From Lingula anatina (taxonomy: Eukaryota > Animalia > Brachiopoda): 64,000 nucleotides of DNA. Of this stretch, positions 14,680 to 25,485 are shown piece by piece. The notes under the pieces are model-generated. The model saw only the letters and a program-made list of their open reading frames with translations, did no database searches and was not told the DNA's origin. Position 1 is the stretch's first letter, and every line of letters starts with the position of its first letter. Made by a program: the position numbers and the translations under genes. The stretch covers positions 5,952,001 through 6,016,000 of the forward strand of contig CM120642.1 of NCBI GenBank assembly GCA_051362555.1, written 5' to 3'.

Positions 14680-17600
14680 ATGTTGAGACGTCTGAGTTCT
14701 GCACTAGTAAGTATTCACTCAGTCTTATGGATTCTTTAAATTGAACAATTATTATAAATTGTAATTCACAGTGATACACATTGATTACTGGGCATTGGGT
14801 TTTAGCTGTATTTCCTGAGGAACCCAAAACCTATGTCCAGTCCAATGCCAAATGTTTCTTTTACAGTCCATACAAACTTTCAAAAACTTTAAATCTGAAA
14901 GTCATCCAAATGAAACAGTTAAGTCATGCTAAACAGTTGCTTATTTTAAAAGAGGGAATCATGATTTGATCATATATGCAATGTGTTTCTTTAGTTTAAT
15001 TATATATCTGAGCAGGATACACACAGGTATACTGTAACAGTAAAGCATAAATGCCAGAATTCGGCTGGTAACCTTTCGTCTGACAGCTAATTTTGCCAGC
15101 TATTTTTCTCCTACATATAGTCCTATATGTCTGCTTTAGTGATCAAAACCCAATAGGTCCACACCAATATTCAAACAGTTTAGTAACCTTAAAGTAAAAG
15201 ATGCAGTTTTGTTTTTGTGAGTGGGTGTATGTACATGTGATGGGTTATATGTATATTATTTTCTGGAAGTCTATGTATGTTATTTTTATTGCCAGTGTCT
15301 CAAGTTCTGTACCTGAAAACTGAAAACATCAAGAATTTATGCATGTACATAAGTGATTGAAATACCATTTCAATATAATAAGAAAAATCCTGGAATTTAG
15401 AAAGTGAATGAAGGTAGACGGCATGGTAGATTGCAGAATTCTTGACACGAGGGTTATGACCTTTCTGGCTCTAAAAGCACTTGCCAATCTTAGCTTCAAG
15501 ACATTTTTATAACAGTATAATTGAACTGATATTTCATTATCAAAAATATAAGTCATACAAAATGCCACTTATGAATTTGTCTTTTAAATACTACTGTTAT
15601 AATTAATGTCAAATAAATGCATACAAATTGAAGTTTTATTTAGGTACAACAGACCTCTTCACTAGCTCCACCTATTGTGGAAAGCTACCTGCCAAAAATA
15701 TGGCAAGCAACACGCAGGTACTCCATCAAGCAGCAGTTGCCACGGTTACCAGTTCCATCTCTTGAACAAACACTTGATAAATATCTCAAATCAGTACGTC
15801 CATTGCTAAGTGATGAAGAATATGATCAGACAAGACATGTAGGTACAACAAGAGCTTTCTCAAATCCAATTCTTTTTCTGAGGAAAAAAAATACACATCA
15901 ATATAAGATATGTTGTTGATATCTTTATTTGTAAAACTGAGCTTATGTGGCTACTTTGTAGATGAAAAAACAACTTGGTAGGCATCAGTGATGGTTAAAC
16001 ATTGTTTTTTCACTGACAGCTCAATGTGCCTTTGTCATTTTGTGATTAAATTTCAAAAGGATTTTTGTAAATTTTCAGATTGTTGCAGATTTTGCAAAGA
16101 ATCCAGGACCCAAATTGCAGGACCTGCTGCTTAGGAAGGCTCAAAGTACAGATAATTGGGTAGGTGTTATTGTATGGTTTATAACCAACAGATGATACAA
16201 AAATCACATGAAACATTTCTGACATTCATAGCATACTATATGCTCAAAAAGACTCAGTAAACTAAAAAGCACCTGACAGTTTTAGATTTTCATTGAACAA
16301 AATTTTAGTCTCTATGGTCAAAGTATAAAAGTGCTGCTAAAGTACATTTTAATGGAGTACCAATAAATGATTGAAACCTCCCCTCCCCCTCTGCATGAGA
16401 TTTAGTTTCATTTTTCCAGAACATAATTAGTTCTAGCCTAAGGTTAATTAATTATTACTATTAAGCTACATATATAATAAATATCCATCCTGCTGTCAAT
16501 ATAAACCAAGGGGATAGGTCTGGCCCATTTTACATCCTTGATAATTTGATATAATTAAATTACTATTAATATTTGATTTTCATTTATTAAATTTTTTGTT
16601 TTGTTTTGTTTCATTTTTGATTTTGTGATTTCCAGCTAGCAGAATGGTGGCTGAATGTTGCCTACCTAAGCTATAGGATGCCAGTGGTGGTTCACTCTAA
16701 TCCTGGTGTTATTTGCCCAATGCAGGACTTTGATGATGAAATGGAACAGCTGAGGTACATGTATCACATTTTATAATGCAGTTCTACTCACTGTGCACTG
16801 AGAATGTCTAGGGGTGCATTTACAATGAAACTTTCATACTAGGTAGATCAATCCAGCTTCCCAGGAACTCGCACTGAATGCACTATTAGATTAACTGAAT
16901 GACACCCTTAGGCTAGCTTTTTTGCCAACATACTCATATATTACCACCAGCTTTTTTGTACTCTACTCAATGCCAGGAGGAGGCGTGTTACTCTTTTAAT
17001 CTATATATAGCACCTGCCTATTTTGTTCTTATGTTCGTAAGCTGCCATTTTTATGTTCTTCTAGATTTGCAGCTAAATGGATATCTGGTGCTTTGTCCTT
17101 TAAGAAGATGATTGACGAGTAAGTACAAGGCTACAATTTTTGTCTTCTTTCTTTTGTGATTGAATGTGTTAGTAATTATACTACTTATATATTTGGGTGT
17201 GGTGAAACAGTTATTGTAATCAATGACAGAATAATATATCATGTCTCTGCATTCAGACTGTTGAGGTATGTAAAGTATTATTTTAATTGATAATCATTAA
17301 ACTTATAAATATTGCCTTATATTAACTTTTTTTTGTGTCAAGGAAGAATGCTTTATGTATTACATTCTTAAAAGGTAATTTGAAATCAAACAAATGATTT
17401 TGCACCCTCAGTTCAATATATTGTCAATAAAACAAGATGTCTATTAACCAGACCCTTTCTTCTTAACTCTTAGGCAAACTCTACCAGAGGAAAAAATGGG
17501 CAACCATCCTCTCTGCATGGCTCAGTACTACAAGATACTTTCATCATGTCGTGTTCCTGGGGTGAAACGTGATTCTCTAGTGCAGTTTCCTGTGGGTACT

Positions 17601-20600
17601 CCTAACTCACCAAGACATATTATGGTTATTCGTAACAACCATGTAAGGAAGCCATCAGGTCTTGAAATACAAATACTGTACATTCTTTTTGTAATGGGAG
17701 ATAGACCTCAGGCATGATTTTGTTTCAAATTTTAATTAGATAATTATACAATTTTTTCTTGGTGGTTTCTTACTTGATAATAAAAGATACTACCATTTGT
17801 TATTTAATGGCATATGAAATTTTTGTGACTTTCATAATATGCTGAACATGTGAGAATATGATGTTAACTAGTTTTCCTTTGGATCATAATATAAGGAAAT
17901 GTCAATTGACTATGAAAAATGTCTATCATGTACTGCAAGGTCATTTCCAGAAGCTGCAAATACAAACCAGTGAGACACGTAGTTCTGTAACCATTAAAAA
18001 TTCATTATTATTTCACCAAAAATGAAAATATATTGTTAATTTTCTTGTTTTATTTTAGTTCTTTAAACTTGATGTGTATGGCCAGAATGGAAAGCCACTC
18101 AATGTGGACCAAATTCACAAACAACTGATGAGAATCGTAGATAGCTCTTCACACCCCACCCCTCCAGTTGGAATTCTCACCACAGAGAGCAGGAAAACAT
18201 GGGGATCTGCTTACCAGAGGCTGGTAAAAAGTAGGTATACTTCACTGCAGAACCAGAATTTTGCTCAGGAGAGCACATTTTTTTAGCTTTGTTCAACATA
18301 TATAAAGTGAATAATTTTAATGTATTTTACATATTTCTCCAAATTCTACTATTTATTTGGCAAACACAGTTTTTTTTTGTCAGTAATGATTAATGAGGTA
18401 ATGTTTTATAGTTGATATTTATACATGTTCTGACAATAAATAAATGTCAACTCTTAATGATGTTTATTTGATCTAAATTAAATTGCAACAAAAAGGTTGA
18501 AGTTTTACTTAATTAAAATACAAAATCAAGCTATTTAAATATATATAAATTTAGAATTGGTATATAATGTCTTGATTTCAGACACGATGAACAAGGCCAA
18601 TGTTGAAGAGATCCAGCGTAGTATATTAGTCTTGTGTCTAGACAAGCCCATGCCTGTCACTGGCCCAGGCATGAGACAGAGCCAGTTTGTCAGGCAGATG
18701 TTTCATGGAGGCGGGAGCCATCTTAACAGTGGAAACAGGTGGTTTGATAAGACAATGCAGGTAAGACTAGGTGCAGGTATAGGGTTTCTTTTTTTTCTGG
18801 GGGGGGGGGGGGATGTGAGGAACGGGCTACAAAAGGCACATTTGGTCTTTTCTTTAGCTTTCTTGTTTTCTGGAAAAAACATTTGTTAGTAAATATTTGA
18901 ATATTCATTTTATACTTACAAAAGACATCATTAAATCCTCACACTATTAAAAATGCTGATTTTGCTCTCAATTCTATCAGATTCGTAGACGTAACGTTGG
19001 TCATTGATATATGTAGTATAATTATATCTGTTGTGATGCTAAGTGAGAGTTTGTTATATTGTGTAAAAATGAAAAAAGTTACAAGACAAACTGTCTTGTC
19101 TTATTTAAAAATGTCCCATGAAACATGATAAGAACAACAGTATGTGCATGATAGTCTTTGTGTTCTGCTGCAGCAATGTGATGATGATTAATAAAATGGG
19201 TTTCCCCATATCTTCCAGCTAATCCTCAGTCCAGATGGTGCTTGTGGCATGAATTATGAACATGCAGCTGCAGAGGGAGCCACCATTGCCTTTTTACTGG
19301 ATCATGCTATGAGTTATGCGTAAGTATATTTGCTGATACAATGGAGATCTAATATAGAAATACAAAGTGGAAGATTGATGTTACTTATATAATAAGTTAA
19401 AAGATTGAGTGAGATATTTGTATTACATAAGTTTTAACTTTAACTTAAAAAAAAACATTTATTATCATGATCAGTCAGTAATCCATCTAAAATAATAATA
19501 AACCAAATCTTTAATTGATATTCTTAAAAAATATAGGAAGAAAATTCCAGAAGAGCTAGCCCCTGCAAGTGGAATTGTAGACCCCAAGAAGCTAGAGTGG
19601 GATTTGTCACCAGAAACACTGGAGGACATTAAGGAAGCAGAGGAGGACTTAGACATGTGGGTAACTGAACCACCCTGGTACCCTGAGTTTCAGAGGTAAC
19701 TGGAAAGTCACATCTGTTATCAGCATAAGAAGGAGCATTTTCTGATAATAAGAGGGGATTTTCTGGTTACCTGTGAAATTCAGGGTTGACCTTACGTGGT
19801 GTGCATGTGATTCAGCTGACTTTCTTCATGAACTTGTATGTGGGTTATAATATGACAAAGCAAACTAGGTGAATGTGTTAGAGTACTTATCTTCTTTTTC
19901 TTCCTTTGATTATAAACTAAGTTAACATCTTTTTGTGAAAAACATGCAACTTGATGTTATTTGCAAGTACCAATATATTTGATTAATCAGAAAATGTCAG
20001 TTGGTATTTAATTTTTTTCGAAAGGAAAGGTAATTTAAATATTTTCAACTTGCCTTTGATATCTATTTTCAAATTTTAATGAATTACAGGATGGTGGATG
20101 ATGTGTCACTAACAGCTCTTAGATTTAAAGGATTTGGTAAAGATTTTGCCAAATCCCAGAAACTCTCTCCAGATGCCTTTATACAGGTGGCCATGCAGCT
20201 GGCTTATCACAGGTAGAAATACAGCAGATTCTTATAACTCATTACTTTATAATTCAAATTATTGTTTGTCTCAAACAAATCTGTTTGATGATGTAATATT
20301 AATGAAGAAATATACATTTAAGTCACTGCTTGCAGACAGACGAATTAAAAATTGGGCACAGAATTTCCAAAACCAGTTGCAAAAGAATAAACTTATTGAA
20401 AGCTTTCGTTTTTTTAATTTTATCTCAATGAGCAGCAACTAATAAACAATCTGTTATAAAGCAGTAAATCAGTTAATCATTTCAACCTATAATTACAGCA
20501 TTTACGATAGACCCCCCGCCACCTATGAGAGTGGATCAACACGAGCTTTCAAGCTGGGCAGAACAGACACCATCAGGTCATGCACCATTGACTCTACAAA

Positions 20601-21091
20601 CTTCTCCAAAGCTATGCAGGATGATTCTGTATCAAAACAAGAGAAGGCAGACTTACTGAGAAAAGCTGTTGATGCCCATAGGAAGTATACTGCAGATGTG
20701 AGTCAGTACAAAAATATTCAGGACCACTTTAAACAAAGTTTCTGTAACAGTAGGTCTTTCCACAAACAAAAATAATGAAAAATTTTTTAAGAATTGCAAA
20801 AAATTATCGGACCTCATACCAATAGTATATTTTTAAAAAACCAATAAAATATGATTTAAATTGTGATTCTTATTTTATTGAGTATTTCAGTTGCTTTCAA
20901 TGGTGGTGATGTTCATGAAAAAAAAAATGACTTTCAATTTTTTAGGTTTTGTCAGGTCAAGGCATAGATAGACATTTACTGGCCTTCAAACTGCTGGCAA
21001 TAGAGAACGGCATGAATGTACCTGAGTTATTCATGGACACAGCTTACAGTCGTAGCATGCACCACCAAATTTCTTCTAGTAATGTAAGTTT

Positions 21092-21146
<55 letters not shown>

Positions 21147-21645
21147 TTTGTGTTAAGATAAGTGTCTCATTCAATTTAAAAGGGACATTATGATTTTAAT
21201 GTGGCAAAAAGTTATAGATGAAACTGAGCATTGCGATTGATATTTTTTTACCTTTCCCCTTCTTTTAAGTAGCTTTAGAATATTCCATTTAGATATTTCG
21301 CTGTTTACTTAATGCTGTTTTTGTTTTGGCTCTGCATGAACTAAAATAAGTTGGAGCTAAAAACATCAAAGAAAAGGATGAGAAAATTTGTGTAAAATTA
21401 ACAAGCACTGCTTGAATTAATATTTTCAGGTTACAGCTAAAACGGAAACAGTTTTCTGCTTTGGGCCCACTGTACCAGATGGTTATGGGGTCTGTTATAA
21501 CCCCATGGCAAAACAAATCATCTTTGCCATATCAGCATTCAACAGTTGCAAAGAGACAGACTCTGACATGTATGGCAAGTCTCTGGCCCGGAGTTTAATT
21601 GACATGCATGATTTGTTACTTGAAACAACTGGATCAAAGCTATGA
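14680..21645 (+). CDS. CRAT: Carnitine O-acetyltransferase, tandem copy 2 (14 coding exons)
   Basis: Same exon structure as copy 1. Exon 1 is 14680-14706 (MLRRLSSAL), then approximately 15644-15838, 16079-16159, 16636-16754, 17065-17118, 17474-17642, 18059-18231, 18582-18760, 19219-19319, 19537-19655, 20090-20212, 20499-20697, 20946-21083, 21430-21645. Catalytic EHAAAEG is intact and the protein ends TTGSKL*. Confidence 0.93.
19680..19787. mobile_element. Degenerate palindromic MITE in a CRAT2 intron, related to the 55605-55742 element
   Basis: accctgagtttcagaggtaactggaaagtc pairs with gattttctggttacctgtgaaattcagggt. The terminus resembles caccctgagcttcagagataactt of the 55605 element. Confidence 0.55.
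21091..21149. repeat. (TTTA)n microsatellite
   Basis: Tetranucleotide run just inside the last intron of CRAT2. Confidence 0.95.
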
Positions 21646-22529
21646 GAATTCTGTGTACAAATTAAGTGAAAACAGTGGCTTTGACTCGCCAAGGTTACTC
21701 TTTATAAACAAATCAATGGATCTCTTTTCTCAGAGATCTTTAAATCTCTTATAGAAAATCTTTACATACTCTTTCCCTCTTCTTTTTCTTATTATTTATT
21801 CATTTATTGTTCTAGTTTTGTTTGGTTTCTCAAGCACTGTTTACTTTCTCGGAATATTGTATATTTATATCGGTATATAGCTAGGAAAGTTATAGTAGAC
21901 TGTAGCAAATGACAAGTAAAGGTGTCCTTGCATGACTTAAAAAGAATTAATGGGTTACAGCAATCCACTCATGCTTCTTCAAACACTTTAATTATAAGAA
22001 TATTTTAAGAGTATTATTAGTTAACATTTTTGTTAAACAAAAATGTCTTCTTATGACAATGATTCACATTTTAAGATTTTTATCATTGAATCCCTTTATA
22101 TCAATACAACAATGAAAATTGCATGGCTTGAACAAGAAAGTAGAAAATAAAATTTTTAAAAAGCTACATGGTATATTTTATTTTTACATCCAAGGTAAAC
22201 TGATTTGTCCATTTATATCAATTTTCTCTCTCTCTCTCTCTCTCTTTTTTATTTATTTTTTTTCAAATGTGAAGAGCAAGTGCATGTGAAAGCTTGAGGT
22301 TGGAATTTTTTCTAAAATTCCAGTATAATGTGATTTGTCTGGATTTGGGTGGAAACAAAAATAACTGGTGCCGATTTTCCGGGTCTAATACCAAGAAAAA
22401 TTACTCGTCAGAAAGTTTTCGCAAAAACTGTTACTATGGCTTTTCATCCGGTCTGCATTTCCTGGTCTTTCACTAATCCTTTCACTACTGCGATAGGTGA
22501 GAAACGTATACAACTGGTGAGAAGCACGT

Positions 22530-22812
22530 GTTTCTAGAATCCGGAAGTAAACAACTCCAATCTATGTCCCCTTCTTATGATATTTTTGATTGGATTAAGA
22601 TCGTACCCAAGACCAATCATTCGTAAGATTACAATGAACCGGTAAGGCGATGACCTAGATATTTTAGATCATGCGCAGTGTGCACATTTCTTGGAAGACG
22701 TTCTTTCCAACACAACATCATGACGTCATGAAATAAACATCATTTATCAAGCCGCACTCACAATGCAATGCCCCGGTAATGGGACTTGAAGCTATATCGA
22801 CGGGGGAACGGT
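22530..22812 (+). promoter_or_regulatory. Probable STAT promoter and non-coding first exon
   Basis: Locally CpG-rich. Contains an ETS site ccggaagt (22541), CCAAT boxes (about 22557, 22589 reverse, 22613), a GAS site ttcttggaa (22688-22696), a CRE tgacgtca (22721-22728) and a strong donor gtaagt at 22813. Confidence 0.6.
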
Positions 22813-23343
22813 GTAAGTAATATTTTGACAAAGTTTTGCATAATGCATGATTTTATGCTGTGGATATTGGAGCGGTAGTTTGCTAATGTTTCAACAAACA
22901 GGCAGCTGATTAACACAACTTGATTGATGAACAGTTAAAACTTACGGTACCTAAGTCTAAGTGGGGTACAACGAGTATATCTGTTAGTTAGTAGCACACG
23001 TTAGGAAGACCCATGTGCGAAATATATATGTCCTTGATTAAAGAAGGGATTGCAATGAAGGTTTAACATTTATGCAAGCTGTCTTGGAATAAAGTGTTTA
23101 ATTTTGTAACGTTACTTAACCGCATATTGCCATAGCTGAAGTGAAAACACGTGCGCCCCTTCTTTTTTAATGACGTTACATGGTGCAATGTGTTCAGGGC
23201 TTGACACTAACTTTTTTTCGATACTGGCCCGAGATACCGGTAAATATTGCACTTTGTTCCAGTGACCCCATCGATTCAATGGGCTTAGCTAGGTTGGCTT
23301 TCAGTGGCCCAAGGCCATGGGCCACCCTGAATATTAAACATTT

Positions 23344-24331
23344 GGCCACACTTTTTTATTTTTATGGATGACATCCTCTGGGTACCCCAAAATCGGTGCG
23401 AGAGGGCGAAAAAAAAAAAAAAAAAACAGTCCAAAAAAAAAAAAAAATACTGCTTAAGTAAAGGAATGCTGTCAGTACACAGCTGGAAACACAAATTTTA
23501 CCACAGAAACACGTATCAAACTAACAATATGTCTTTATCCATGCTCTCAAAATATTAAAGCATTGTGAATAATTTGTAGAAATGTAAAAAAAAGTCATGA
23601 ATAGATATACTTCATATTACCAAATGTATTTAAGGTTATTTCATGCATTTAGTTGGTATAGCAATCAATAAAACAAATATCAATCAAACAGCGTGTCTTT
23701 ATTTGTATTCTCAGAATATTAAAGCATTTTGAACACTTCACAGAAATGTTTAAAAAATGATGCAAAGATATGCTTAATACTACCAAATCTATTAAAGATC
23801 ATTTCGGACGATGCCATTTTGTCTACTTCAACTCACATGAAGCAGCCAAACTGTCAGGTGGCCTGTCCGACCTTCAGCCCACCAAATACCTCGACGCCCT
23901 TGTCGACCCTTTTTTCGCTACAGAAAACCTGGTATTAATGTGCTGCTTTGTACAGAATGTCACAGAAATTTTTCAGGCGATAATTGCTGGCCACCGCCAG
24001 CCTTTCGCACAATTGTAAAAAGGTGATAACTCCATGCACAATATCAATGGCATACCAATCCAAAATGACGGTGCCCGTTCTCTTTATGACTTTTATTGTT
24101 GTGTAATTTGAAAGTAATCCTAGAGATGAATTTGACGACAAAGCGGCCGCATTTCCACGTGGCGATAATACGCATGCACAGAAAGCTCATTTCCTGGCAA
24201 ATTCAATAACGTTTGCGACAACTGACTTCGTTGGGGGAGGGGGGGGATTTTTTTTTTTTTTTTTTTTTTGAGAACGGGCGAAAATCGGTGCGCGCGCAGG
24301 ATGTCATCCATAAAAATAAAAAAGTGTGGCC
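23344..24331. mobile_element. Non-autonomous DNA transposon, about 988 bp, with perfect 34-bp TIRs (PIF/Harbinger-like)
   Basis: ggccacacttttttatttttatggatgacatcct at 23344 and its exact reverse complement ending at 24331. Flanks ttt and tta suggest a 3-bp TSD with one mismatch. No transposase ORF. Confidence 0.8.
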
Positions 24332-24846
24332 TTAGCCCTCCGAAGGCTTCAAGTTTACTATCTGCAAATAATGATAATAATGAATAGGTAAATAAAAATT
24401 AAAAATTAAGCAAATAGAAGGCTTGGTGAAGTGAATTTCTTACACAGTGGAGTTCATAAAAAATCTATCAGCTCTCTGTCTAATAATGACATTGATAATA
24501 AGACTTGACTGTGCATCAGAATCAGCCCGTCTGAAAACTTATCCTCATATTTATATTTTAAGTTCTGTGTAACATAATTTCACCAACTTTGCAAAAAATC
24601 TAAGCATTCTATGTTTGGTTTGGTCAAAAGATTTTCCATCTCTCTCTCTCTCTCTCTCTTTTAATTCATTTTCAACTCACTTGCAATTCTAGGAGTCTAG
24701 CACTTTCACTTACCAATTAAAAAGAATTATTATACAGACTGTAGTGGATCTAACTATGCAAAGATAACCAATTTTGTTCTTATTTCTTTATTTCCCAGTT
24801 GAGGTACCTATTATTTGACAGTCATTGATCTGTTCTTCCCAGCAAG

Positions 24847-25438
24847 ATGACTACAAGCCACAGTTCACTAAAGCAGCACATTATGGAAAGTTCTAAGCCA
24901 GAGAGCAGCTATGTCAACCTGAAAAAAAAAGTGGCGGCTCAACTGACTTCTGTGTTTGAGGTAAAGTTAATAGTAGTGCTTTTGGTCAAGTATTAGCTTA
25001 GTGTATCAGTGCCAATAATTTTTCAAACTGATTAAGTTTCTGTAGATGGGCCATGTAATAGATGTAAAATTTATCAAGAGAAAGTAGAAGAAAATCTTGA
25101 TTAGTTGATAAATGAAGACAATTTGTTTAGAAGCAAAATTTTCAAACCTTTTGTTATTATTAGGTCAGAGGAGGGCATGAGAGATGGGCATTTTTATTCT
25201 TCACTTTTTAATATCCTTTTATGAATTGGATCCCCTAGCTCACCAAGTGTAGAATACTTAAAACATGCGTTATATAGTCATATTGCCAGTTGGTGACAAA
25301 CACCACGAATTGATTCTGCCTTCAAAAAGATCTTTATTTTTAGTTGATAAAAATACCCTGATTAAAAAAATGAAAAAAAAATTAAATACATGTTATTTTC
25401 TTGCTAAGGTTGTGCCTGTAAGTTTTTTAAAAACTATC

Positions 25439-25485
<47 letters not shown>

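Noticed and set aside
6083-21645. Alternative identification of the acyltransferases as choline acetyltransferase or CROT/CPT
   Set aside because: GRTDTIRS (not VDN), EHAAAEG, a bulky residue at the Met564 position and a PTS1 all favour CRAT.
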